In this document: positions 12,011-24,267 of the stretch, piece by piece
Numbering within the stretch: the stretch's first letter is position 1
Layout of the letters: the number at the start of each line of letters is the position of its first letter
Source of the DNA: Raja brachyura
Lineage: Eukaryota
DNA length: 64,000 nt
Reading direction: 5' to 3'
Assembly (NCBI GenBank): GCA_963514005.1
Contig: OY740787.1
Coordinates: 34,968,001 to 35,032,000 of the forward strand
The notes under the pieces: model-generated
The model's database searches: none
What the model was told of the DNA's origin: nothing
Seen by the model: only the letters and a program-made list of their open reading frames with translations
Program-made: the position numbers and the translations under genes

Positions 12011-14565
12011 TACATATTTCATTATATCTTCCAGATCATAAACGATTATTGATCTTTGCTTATTGATTCTAGTATTTTGCCAACAATAGAAAAATTAACT
12101 GTCCTTTGGTACCCCACCCTCCCCAACCCCTTTCTGTCTTTCTACCTTTCTGACAGGGGAGTCAGATTGGTTGTTTTCCTATGTTCTGTATCCTTCTAAA
12201 GGTATACAAGCTTTGAATAATTACTGAAAAACTGAAAATAAAACAAAGCAGCCCTATTGCTGTGAAATATACTCTGGAATTCTACTCCATGCTTTCAAAA
12301 CAATATAGATATATACACTTTTAATTAAAATATCACAAAGTATATTTCTGCCATTTCATATTACATTCAATGCATATTACGCATAATCTTCTTGCTCAGA
12401 AAATATAAAATCAAATAAGATGGGATTTTCTCCAACCAGTTAAGTAGTCATTTATATGCCTCATCGTAGATTAATTTGACTTCAGGTGTTGAATAAGGTC
12501 ATTTACCGTACTTGAGGGCATGTTCCATAACGAATTATGGCAAGCAAATTGGTTCAACACCATAAAAGAGTTTGATGTAAAAATATCATGTCTGAAGAAA
12601 AATCCAAAGTTGTTCAAAGATGACCTGAAGTATGAAAGTGAGACGATTTAATTTTTTTCTTGTAACTATCACTTTTCCTGGTAGGAAGAAGAAATGGTGT
12701 TTTTTCCTCACCTTAGTTTAACTGCAGTTTCCCTGACAGTGTGTAAGCAAGAAGATAACCTCCATAAATCTTGCCTATCAGTAGAGACAGCTACCATAGA
12801 TGTCCACTGTTGGACATCAATGGAGTCTTGAAGCTGTTGCTTCACTTGTCTACGTCAGCACCTTGTCTCCACAAACATCTGCAGGTCATCTTACTCTTTT
12901 AAAGGAAATATATGGGATTTTTTCCATCCATCCCTCTCTCTGTTCTAGCTGCTGTTGCTCATTGCAGTTAAGAGCCATCTGCCGCAAATAAAATTCAGAG
13001 TATTTGTAAAATGTGCACCAGCAAATCCTATTAGCCTCCTGCTTGTTTTAACTAGCAGACGTTTAGCTTTGTCAGTCATTATTTTAGAAAGAGACAATGT
13101 TTAACTATCAGTTGTAAGAGACTGAAATTATCTTCATAAACACGCATTAATGTGAGACATCAAAGTAGAGATTATGCTATGATGCATGAAAATATACTGA
13201 TTCTGTTAATACAGCTTTTGTTTTTCACACCTTATTTTGATAAAACTTAAAACCACCATGAAAATAACATTTCCATCTGTTTCTGTCTCATCTGGTGGTC
13301 ATAGAGCACACATATGTGGATAAGTATAGGCACTGGAATCCATGTAGCATCTTTATAAAACAATACCTGCCAAATGTTTCACGTGGATCTTTCAAAATGT
13401 TAGACTTTGTTAGTAATGAATTCCATGTAAATAAGCACTAATGATGTTTGGTGTATGCAATAGCTGCTGAGTGCCACAGGGTGGTAGGATTTCCTAAATG
13501 TGTTTCCAGTCATGCTCCATACCATTATCTTGTGTTGAAGAATGTGCTGGGTGATAAATCAAATAACACACCATGATGAACAGCCACACCAAGATTTTCA
13601 AATGAACATTTGGTGCCTGAAACTTGTAAATTCAGTTCTGGTCAAATAGCATCTCATCCAAAAACATTGACATTTTCTTATTGTTTAACAATATAAGTTC
13701 ATGGCATATTAATGTATCCAGATATTACAGATATCCAGATATTATATACCTGTTATGAAAACATACGTCTTCCCCTAATGTTTAATGAAATAAATACATT
13801 TTTGTTCATATAGCAGCTTCAGTTGCATTTTGAAGTGCTGATTTTTTTTTTTGGTGGGAAAGGTTCAGTTAACAATAAGTTCTTGCTGGGCTGTTGCTGT
13901 TCTGAAAACTATTCAATGTCAGAGGCAATATTAATAATTCTTAGAATATAAAAGCCATGTGTAATGCAGATTTAATTAGAACACCCATTCTTCTTACTGT
14001 AATGTAAAATTAATAATATGAGTTGAATGAAAATTGTCATCAATGTACATCACTTTCAAATTTTGATGTCCGACATCAAATTTAAATTAATTTTAGAAAA
14101 TATTCTTTACAGCTATTCTGGCAATATTTTGACAATGTTCATTTTACATTTTCAAAGTGCAAATAGCGACAGAATGTTAAAGCAAAAACTGCAAGATGCT
14201 GCCTGACCCGCTGAGGTATTTCAGCACTTTGTGTCCACACTACAGTCAAAGGATTTTTTACATGTTTTGGAAAACAAATATGAATATCAAATAATCATTC
14301 AGTTAAAATGTATGCTGAGACAAAATGATACTGGGCAGTTTGGAGAAGGTTGGGCATGCTCAATCAGGTCCATTCCTCATACTCAATCAGGTCCACTCCT
14401 CATGCTTGTGCCTCCACTTGTCCCGTGACTATATTTACTTTTGTGGTCCCACAGATTCGATTGAGACCCACTGATACAGCTGACTCACATGGTGGTGGTA
14501 TGTGAACTGTAACTAGGCCTCAGGCAAAAATTCCTGATACTCTCTCCAAGACACTGCAGTCAAAA

Positions 14566-14969
14566 TGTGTAGAAAGGAACTGTGCAAGCAGCTTTACTTT
14601 GAAGATAGACACAAATTGGTGGAGTAACTCAGCAGGTCAGGCAGCATCCCTGGACAAAAAGGATGGGTGACGTTTTGGGTCAGGACCCTTCAGTAGCGAG
14701 GAGGTTGATTTTCTAATTTCAAGTAATCCCTGCATTCCCTCTCTCCCCTCCCCCACCATCGTCAGCCTACTAGTTCCACTGTTCGCATCCTTGTATCGTT
14801 TCGTTCCCTTGCTCCCTGTTGCCTGACCTGCTTTGTTCCGGCCTTTTCTCGCCTCCAGTTCTCTCCCCTCTACTTTTTGTCTGAAAAAACGTCCCAACCC
14901 GAAACATCACCCATTGTTTTTCTTCAGAGATGCTGCCTGACCCGCTGAGGTATTTCAGCACTTTGTGTC
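14566..14969. mobile_element. PLE remnant with inverted pLTR arms
   Basis: gacacaaa..ggagtaactcagcaggtcaggcagcatc..gggtgacgttttgggtc (left) is inverted against cccgaaacatcaccc..gatgctgcctgacccgctgag..tttgtgtc (right). Related to 28457-29005. Confidence 0.75.
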
Positions 14970-15719
14970 CACACTACAGTCAAAGGATTTTTTACATGTT
15001 TTTGAAAAGAGGCTAAAATATTTATAGAAGTAGAAAATAGAAAATATTTATCTGTTCTTACCTTTACAATTCAGATCAGTGACCCCATTCATTGTGCAGC
15101 ACAAGAAAGCCGAATATCATGTGCATCTAGTCCATTGGTTGACCACCCTTGGATTCAGTACTGAGTCAGTGCAAGCATCTGAAATGCAACCAATTGCGAA
15201 GGTTTGTGTTGGAATACATGGATGTGGAAGACAGCAGTGAATTGACCCATTGGACAATAGCTGGTTGGCAGTTTTCTACAAAACCTCTGGCCAGGAAGCA
15301 GCATGATTCTGTCAAATGTAGTTATCCAAGAACAGATTCTTCCTGAAAAATATCGTGTACATATTCACTCTTTACAAAGCTCCTTGTTAGAATTCTGCCC
15401 AGTGCATGCCTTTGATCCATTTAAATAATTATTATTCTATCAAATTACAGTATTGAGTCAAATAAAAGATAGAACATCATCAGTACAGCAGAGGCCTACA
15501 TTGTCCATGCCAAACAATATGCCAAAGTTAGTTTTTGATACTTCTACAAGAATTTAGGCAATCCATCGTAAGAACTATAAAATGAAGCAGCCCATTTTAT
15601 GAAACAAACATATGCTCTCCACATTGATTGTCTGTTATTGTACAACACACTCTTGCTAATATATTTCTTGAAACGTCAAAGGCTTGGCAAAATAAAACAG
15701 TTAAAATATTATGACAGAG

Positions 15720-15968
15720 GCACAAGAAATTGCAGATGCTGGAATCTTTAGCAAAACACAAAATGTTGGATGAACCAAAGAGTCAGACAGCATATGTGGA
15801 GGAAATGGATAGATTACCTAACAGGTCAGGACTCAACGTCAGACAAATATTGGGTGGATCCAAGGTACTTTGGTTTAAATAAGAGTCCTGACTCAAAACA
15901 TCATTTGCCCATTCCATCCACAGATGCTGCCTGATCTGTTGAGTTCTTCAACCAATTGGTGTTTTACC
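15720..15968. mobile_element. Older PLE-derived inverted pLTR pair
   Basis: tgcagatgctggaatc...gtcaggactc / gagtcctgac...cagatgctgcctgatctgttgagttc. Confidence 0.65.
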
Positions 15969-16989
15969 TGAAATACTAAATTCATTAATCTTTGCCAATT
16001 TTGGATGACCTGCTGGGTATTGGCAATAGGTTTGCTTATCACTTAATCAGACATCTTAAGTTGTAAAGAAAAACCTTAACCAAATGAGCGTTGGTGAAAC
16101 AAAATGCTATCAAGTAATGCTTTAATTTGTATTAACCACCATTTAGTTCACAATTGAAGATATTATTAAACTTTAAAAATTGTTTTTATTTTGCACCAAT
16201 TATAATCCCAATTTCTTCACTACTGCAGAGCGGAAACCATTTCACATGGATGATATTTATACTGTAAAATTGCACTTTAAAATCAGATTCAGGTTACATT
16301 CTACCCTTGTTATTACAGACCACTTTTAACAGATTTGGGTTATAGCAGACTGAGCATCCCCACAGTAATCAGACACCACTGTCTCTTTAAGAACACAGCC
16401 TGCCATTTGCAATGTGGGTAGGTTATTGAAATGGAAAAGCAATTACTTCGATCGACACTTGTGCAATGATACTCTATTAAACAACCTATTAATATTTTTT
16501 GCATGCAGTAACAAAAATATATTTTTAGCTGTTAAAATGAATTTCGTACACTCAGCAGGTTGGGCAGCGTCTTTGGAAGGAGAAACAGTTAACATTTAAG
16601 GTCGATGTCCTTTCACCCTGACCTACGGATGGGCAGATGGTCGAGGGAGTCTCACTTTGAGAGGGACCGGAGTTGTTCACCCTGCCATACCAACAGCCCA
16701 GGCCTCCATTTTGCTCTCAATCTCTGAATGTGAGAATCAGCGGCAGGGGCCATGGTTATTGTTGATCCCCAGCTCTGCTGGTCAAGATGATGCCTTGGGT
16801 TCTCAGTGACAGGGCTCCTGGATTCTGACCCAGTGCGTGGGCAGTGATGTCAATGGGATTATGGATCGATGGGGTCAATACCTGTAGATGTCAATATCCC
16901 TTACTCGGTTATAGAGGACAATTGGCAATAATGGATACAACCACCCCACCCTCCCTCCCTCCCCTATAAGGAGGTTTATCTGCAGTTTG

Positions 16990-17770
16990 TTTTCTTATAC
17001 ATCAGGGTGCAATGAAATTCCTTGCGCATGTAAAGCTCAGAGTGTACTGTATACATACAGTAATGATATATTCAACAATAAATATAAACAGCAGAATGGT
17101 GCAAGATTGTACTGCAATCTGAAAGTAGTGCAGGAAAAAAAAAGTACTATAATGGAATAACCCAATTAGGTAGAGTTAAGAGTAAGAGTACATAGTAGCA
17201 CCTCCGGGAAGGGGTGCAATAGAAGTGATTAAGTTGTGAGTTTGTTGGCCATGAGTAAGAAACTGTTCATAAGTCTGAATATCGTGGCTTTCAAGATCCT
17301 GTACCTACACACAGAAAGTAGAAGGGAAAAAATGTAATGGCAATGGTGGCAGGAATTCTTAATGTTACTTTGAACTTCCTGATGCAATGCATCATGAAGA
17401 TGGACAGATTGTTGATGAGCCTGTGATGGACAGGGCTGTGTTCACCACTTGAGGCAAGTTCAGCCAATCAAGAGCAGAGCATTTGCTATACAAGGTTGAG
17501 ATGCATCCTATCAGAATACTTTTGACAGTCTATTTATAGAGGTTCAGGAGAATCCGCATGGACGTGCTAAATCTTCTCAGATATCTAAGAGAGTAAATAT
17601 GCTGATGTGCTTTATTGATCATCACTTCAGTGTGAAGGACCAGGTTAGGATGCTGGTGATGTGGATGCCTAGGAACCTGAAACAGGCAACCCTTTCTACA
17701 GTGACCATTGAGGGTGTGTTCACCCACTTGCTTCCTATGACAACCCACTCTTTAGGCTTGCTGACATTAA
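16990..17770 (-). mobile_element. L2/Rex1-like LINE 3' remnant
   Basis: Minus translation includes INKAHQHIYSLRYLRRF...ILLNLYK and ttcaggttcctaggcatccacatcacc (FRFLGIHIT). Confidence 0.65.
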
Positions 17771-18891
17771 TGTATTTTATCAGACAAAAAATTACAGAGG
17801 TGGTCAGTCTTTCAAGAAAGAGAACAACTTGTTCTCAACTGTATGGCAAAATAAAAGAATAGTACTTGCTCCACTTCAAGAATGGCATCTTTTATACAAA
17901 TTAACATAATGTATTATATTACAAAATAATTTTATTAACTAAATCCATTTTGTTTTAAATTGCAAATATGTCCACACAGTCAATTAACATCTTGAATGAA
18001 ATGGCACATGTTCAGAGGTGTAAAATCATTGCAGAGCATTTCAGATCCAAGCAGTGAATGTTGGCAGGTGATGGCAGCTCTCAGCTGTGACTACATTTGA
18101 AAACAAGGTTGTTGCCAAGTTTGGAAACTTTTTCATTTTAATATAGCATAATCACTGCTTGCCAGTGTAAAAACACAGAAGAAAATCAAAGAAAATTAGA
18201 AAAATGGACAATTTAAATCCCTGCTAAGAATGTATGAATGAGGAGAAGGAAGCAAGAGAAAGGAGCAAATGAACGATTCAGGTGACAAAAAAACAAGTGA
18301 GGCAATAAAAGCAAAATGAAAATGTAAAAGTTGCAACAAAAGATGCAAGAGAAGAAAAAGGTTATATATCCTACAAACCTTGGCAGATTGACTGGTTATA
18401 AGGATTGGAAACATAGAAAATAGGAGCAGGAGTAGGCCCTTCGAACCAGCACCGCCATTCAATATGATCATGGTTGATCATCCAAAATCAGTACCCTGTT
18501 CCTGCTTTTTCCTCATATCCCTTGATTATGTTAGCCCTAAGAGCAATATCTAACTCTCTCTTGAAAACATCCAGTAAATTTGCCTCCACTGCCTTCTGTG
18601 GCAAATATAGTAATTCCACAGATTCACAACTCTCTGGGTGAAAAGGTTTTTCGTCATCTCAGTCCTACATGGCCTACCCTTTAATCTTAAACTGTGACCC
18701 CTGGCTCTGGACTCAGTCAAGTCAGTTAAAGTCAAATCAAACAAACTTTGGGAACATCGGGAACATCTCACCCAACATCGGGAACATTTTTCCTGCATCT
18801 AGCCTGTCCACCCTTAAGAATTTTATTATATTTCTATAAAATCCGCTCTCATCCTTCTAAATTCCAGTGAATAGAAGCCCAGCCAACTCAT

Positions 18892-19260
18892 GTTTCACCC
18901 AGAGAGTTGCAAATCTGTGGAATTCTCTGTCACAGAAGGCAGTGGAGGCCAATTCACTGGGTGTTTTCAAGAGAGAGTTAGATTTAGCTCTTAGGGCTAA
19001 AGGAATCAAGGGAAATGGGGAACAAGCACGAATGAGGTACTGATTTTAGATGGTAGACAAAAATGCTGGAGAAACTCAGTGGGTGAGTTGAGTTTCTCTG
19101 AGTTTCACCAGCATTTTTGTCTACCTTTGATTTTTCCAGCGTCTGCAGTTCTTTCTTAAACTTACTGATTTTAGATGATTAGCCATGATCATATTGAATG
19201 GCGGTGCTGGCTCAAAGGGCCGAATGGCCTATTCCTGCACCTATTTTTCTATGTTTCTAT
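18892..19260 (+). mobile_element. Second CR1 3' end of the same family inserted in opposite orientation
   Basis: ttcacccagagagttg...gtggaattc...ctatttttctatgtttctat is the reverse complement of ~18408-18645. Confidence 0.88.
19053..19162. mobile_element. 110-bp PLE-derived fold-back element with a 15-bp target-site duplication
   Basis: Arms gtagacaaaaatgctggagaaactcag / ctgagtttcaccagcatttttgtctac. tactgattttagatg is duplicated at 19038-19052 and 19163-19177. Confidence 0.85.
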
Positions 19261-20809
19261 TCTTTCATCATATGTCAGTCCCGCCATCCCAGGAATTATC
19301 CTGGTGAACCTACGTTGCATGCACTCAATAGCAAGAATGTCCTTCCTCAAAACTGCACACAATTCTCCATGTGTGATCACACCAGAGCACTGTACAACTG
19401 CAGTAGGACCAGATAGCTCCTATACTCAAATCCTGTTGCTATGAAGGCCATTTGCTTTCTTCATTTGCTGCTGTACCTGCATGCTTACTTTCAGTGACTG
19501 ATGTACAAGGACACCCAGGTCTCGTTGAACCTCCCCGTTTCTAATCTGACACCACTCAGATAATAATCTGACTTCTTGCTCTTGCCTCCAAAAATCAATT
19601 ACCTCACATTTATCCACATTTTACTGCATCTTCCATGCATCTGCCCACTCACCCAACCTATCCAAGTTACGCTGCAGTCTCATAGCAGTCTCCCCTTGCT
19701 GCGCACACTGCCACCCAGCTTTGTGTCACATTTAATTCCCTCATCTAAATTGTTAATATATATTGTAAATAACTGGGGTCCCAGTACTGAGCCTTGCGGC
19801 ACCCCATTAGTCACTGCCTACCATTCTGGAAAGGACCCGTTAATTCCTACTCTTTGCTTCCTGTCTGCCAACCAGTTCGCTATCCATCCTACCCCCAATA
19901 CCATGTGCTCTAACTTTGCACACTGATCTCTTGTGTGGGACTTCGTCAAAGGCTTTTTGATAGTCCAAATAGATCACAGCCACTGGCTCTCGCTTATCCA
20001 TTCTACTTGTTATATCCTCAAAAAATTCCAGAAGAGTGGTCAAGCATGAATTCCCCTTCATAAATCCATGCTGATTTTGATCAATCTTGTCACTGCCTTC
20101 CAAATGCACTGCTATTACATTTTTAATAATCAACTCAAGCATCTTCCCACTACCAATGTCAGGCTACCTGGTCTATAATTCCCCGTTTTCGCTCTCCCCC
20201 ATTTCTTAAAAAGTGGGGTTACATTAGTTAACCTCCAGTCCACTGGAACTGATCCAGAGTCTATAGAACATTGGAAAATGATCACCAATGCATCTAGGCT
20301 TTCTAGGGCTACCTCCTTGAGTACACATGGAATGCAGACCATCAGGCCCTGGGGATTTATCTGTCTTTAGTCCCAACAATTTACCTAACACCATTTCCTG
20401 ACTAAAGTGGATTTCCTTCAGTTCCTCCCTCCCACTAGATCCTCTGTCCCCTAGTTTCTCCCAGTTGTCAAAAGGAATCTTGAATTTCTTGACCGGTGTT
20501 GAAGTGGCTCGATCCCAGCGTTGTCTCAGAGCTTAAGCCATCCTCTGCTACTTTGTATTGACCACAACAAGTGGTAGATGTTCAATCTCTGCCACTGCTC
20601 TGATGATGTGATGCAACTTCCACAGCAGTAAACAAGACCTGGATACTTTTGGACACTACAGAATAAGAAAATACATCTTCCTGCAAGCAAAATATCGATT
20701 TCAAACAGACATAAAAAACGTACTCATTCCCAAATCTAATATTTTGCTGCCATCCGACACTGACATCTTCTTTGCAACTTGAACCTTCTTTTTAATGTTT
20801 TTTTTCCAG

Positions 20810-20940
20810 TTCTAATGAAGAATCGTCAGTCTGAGGTACTGAAACCATTTCTCTTTCCGCAGATGCTGCCTGACCTGCTGAGAATTTCCAGAATTTCCTG
20901 TCTCTGATTCAGATTTCCAACATCAGTAGGATTTTATTTC
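20810..20940 (+). mobile_element. Old PLE pLTR fragment
   Basis: cagatgctgcctgacctgctgag..tttccag...tcagatttccaacatc. Confidence 0.55.
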
Positions 20941-21409
20941 TATAATTTTCTATTCTTGGGCTGACTTTGTTTGATGGTTGAAAATGGAACTGCTGGTATT
21001 CAGACTTTGAACCTGAAGAAGTCCAGACACCCTTGCACAAGCTGTGAGATTTACTGATCGATTTAATTGTTTTTAAATGTCAGTTTTATATGTCAGTAAA
21101 GTCCTGCTTTAATGGTTGCCAAATGCTGTCAGGATCATTTCAAAGAAGCTTCCTCCTCAATGCACTACCTTAAATTCAGTTGCCATATAGATCATGCTAC
21201 TGAAATCCAGATTACAAAGGCCATGAAAATAAAATCCTCACATTCAGTTCAATTAAGTGCAGCAATTTTGGGTCAACACTGTCTAGGCCATCATGACCAC
21301 AGGTAGATTTGAAGGCTTTGGAAAGGGTTCCAAAAATATATATACTGGAATTACATATACATGAACCCTAAAAGAATTATCTTTAAAACATGATAAAGAA
21401 GGATAACAT

Positions 21410-22035
21410 TTGAAACAAGTGGATAAATAATGTTGTAACCCTGGTAGATAGACCAGTAAATGTGTTTGGTTTGCTTGCCTTCATCAGTCGGGATATTGTA
21501 TAAGAGTTACAACCTCATATAACTCTGGTCAGGCTGATTACGGAGTATTGTGCGCTGTTCAGATTGCCCATTTAATGGAAAGATGTGGATGCCGTGGAGA
21601 TGATGCAGAAGAGGTTTTACGGAATGTTGCTTGTATTGGAGATTATTAGCTATTAGCAGGGTTTGGACAAACTTTTCTCTGGAGCTTTGAAGGTTGAGGG
21701 GAAACCTGATAAAAGTATATAAAATTATCAGAGGTATAGATAGGGTGGCCAATGAGAAACATTTGCTTGGGGTGGAAATGTCAAAGGCCAGGAGGCATTG
21801 CTTTTAGGTCATAGGGTGATGTTTAAAGGAGATGTATGGGGCAAACCTTTTACACAGAGTGGGTGGGCAACTAGAATGTGCTGTCATGGGTGAATAAGAT
21901 AATGAAAATGCAGAGAATAGAGGGATATCATGAGGGTTATCATACACAGCGAGAGAAGATTGAACTTGGCATCTTGTGCAGCATAGACCTGGCACGAAGG
22001 GCCTGTTCTGTGCTGAACTGTTCTATGTTCTATGT
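21410..22035 (+). mobile_element. CR1-type LINE 3' fragment
   Basis: ggagtattgtg...tgcagaagaggttttac...gtatataaaattatcagaggtatagataggg...gaagggcctgttctgtgctg..ttctatgttctatg. Confidence 0.8.
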
Positions 22036-22039
22036 CATA

Positions 22040-22300
22040 TTAGATCATAAAGTGCTTGAATCACCCATTCACATCAGTTCTATGTTGTCCCACTTTCGCA
22101 TCCATGCCCCGCACATCAGGGGCAGGTTTACAGAGACAATTAGCCAACAAACCCACACTGCTTTGGGATGTGGGAGGAAACCGGAGCATCTGGAGGAAAA
22201 CACAGACGAATGGGCAAATTCCACTCATACAGCACCCAAAGTCGGGATCATACCCTGGTTTCTGATGCTGAGAGGCAGCAACTCTACCAGCTGCACTACA
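22040..22300 (-). mobile_element. tRNA-derived V-SINE (HE1-like)
   Basis: Minus strand has a tRNA-like head (gctggtagagttgctgcctctcagc) and the V-core segment gctccggtttcctcccacatcccaaag. Confidence 0.75.
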
Positions 22301-23509
22301 TTTACTTACTGACAATGCCTCCAACATCCCCATTCAGTCGTATTTGTGGTAAATATTTATGTCATTTTAAAATTTGGTTATTCCTTGCCATCGTCTCTGC
22401 TATCAAAATTATGTCTTTGTTTCATTACCAGCTCTACTAAATCCAGCAGTACATCTGAATTATGCATACCCATATGATCATTTTATATTTCCTTGGTTCA
22501 AATATTGAATCCATAAGTTCCTAACAAAATAAAATTACTTAGACTCAGTGAACCTTAGCAAGCGCAGTGAAATGGAAAGAAAGAAATGGTAAGAAGAAAG
22601 GGAGGAACATTTTTCAAACATTTCTGAACAGCACTATAACTACACATACTGCGAAGACTAATGCAAGACTAATAATTAAATCTGCATGTAAAAGCACCAA
22701 CTTGGCATGGTGCAAAATATGAGGAGAGAGTATTTAGATATGTGCTGCAAATTCTTCATGTTTCTTAATACATACACCGCTTCAATATAAAGCATACAGT
22801 ATATAACCTATGTGCTACACACAGCATAGCTTGCACTCTTCTTGAAATGTAGTACACTTAAATATTGTCTATGCTTCTAATTATGTCCAACAACTGACAG
22901 TGTGTTATTGTGACAGAACTTGTTTAAATTAAACTGTTAAGTTAAATTTGACAGAATTTAATAAGAAACCTGTATTGTTGAAAACTTAATGCAGATCACT
23001 GAGATACAAGGTATTCAGTAATCCATTTGGAGTATTAAATCTAATTGACAAGAAAATAAATACAATCACTGAAGTTGTATACATTTTCTGCAGTTTGTTT
23101 AAGAATATTAGCTAATACCTATTATTTAATATTACCAATCAGTGTATCTTTTACTTAAGAGGTTTGAGAAATGGAAAATGTTAAAAATGATTAAATCAAA
23201 TTGATAAAATGTATTTTTATGTAATGAATCAATGCAACAGTAAACCAAAAATTGCACAATTATGCTGTGATCCTTTTATGGGTTAGGTTTTGGATACAAC
23301 TTTTCATGGGCATCAAATAGGAATATTTCTAGTCTATTATATTAATGAAAACAAAACCAAGTTTATAATTGGATAATTGTAATAATATAACGAAAATTCC
23401 CATAACATTATTAAGTTTAGGTCCAATGTTTCCTCTCTCCCTCTCTATTTCACTCTCTCCTTCATTCTCTTCTGTCTCTCTCTCCTTCTGTCTCTCTCTA
23501 CTTTTAGCA

Positions 23510-24267
23510 ATTGAAAGTAAGCATGCAGGTACAGCAGGCAGTGAAGAAAGCGGTACTGATTGGGGATGATCAGCCATGATCACATTGAATGGCGGTGCTG
23601 GCTCGAAGGGCCGAATGGCCTACTGCACCTATTGTCTATTGTCTATTGTCTATAAAGCGAATGGCATGTTGGCCTTCATAACAAGAGTATGTGAGCAAAG
23701 AGGTCCTTCTGCAATTGTACAGAGCCCTGGTAAGACGACAGATTTGAGGAAGGACATTCTTGCTATTGAGTGCAGCGTAAGTGCACAAGGTTAATTCCTG
23801 GGATGGCGGGACTATCAAATGCTGAGAGAATGGAGCGGCTGGGCTTGTATACTCTGGAATTTAGAAGGATGAGAGGGGATCGTATTGAAACATATAATAT
23901 TATTAAGGGTTTGGACATGCTAGGGGCAGCAAACATGTTCCCGATGTTGGGGGAGTCCAGAACCAGGGGCCACCGTTTAAGAATAAGGGGTAAGCCATTT
24001 AGAACGGAGATGAGGAAACACTTTTTCAAACAGAGAGTTGTGAGTCTGTGGAATTCTCTGCCTCAGAGGGCAGTGGAGGCCGGTTTTCTGGATACATTCA
24101 AGAGAGAGCTAGATAGGCTCTTAACGATAGTAGAGTCAGGGGATATGGGGAGAAGGCAGGAACGGTGTACTGATTGTGGATGATCAGCCATGATCACATT
24201 GAATGGAGGTGCTGGCTCTAAGGGCCAAATGGCATACTCCTGCACCTATTGTCTATTGTCTATTGTT
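23510..24267 (+). mobile_element. Relatively young CR1 3' fragment with a self-nested tail
   Basis: ORF 23770-24183 QRKCTRLIPGM...RRMRGD.IETY.I...TRGHRLRI...FFKQRVVSLWNSLP. The tail is (CTATTGT)n. A second tail copy sits at 23553-23653. Confidence 0.93.

Larger units (their letters stand above)
18408..20455 (-). mobile_element. 5'-truncated CR1 LINE (RT region to tail) carrying nested insertions
   Basis: ORFs VPVDWRLTNVTPLFKK..GNYRP, QHGFMKGNSCLTTLLEFFE..YLDYQKAFDEVPH and RARGHSLRL..FTQRVVNLWN. Tail gaaacatagaaaatagg at ~18408. Confidence 0.93.

Noticed and set aside
13285-13303. CTCF-like CCACCAGATGA on the minus strand
   Set aside because: Lacks the 3' GGCR half of the core. Too weak to call.
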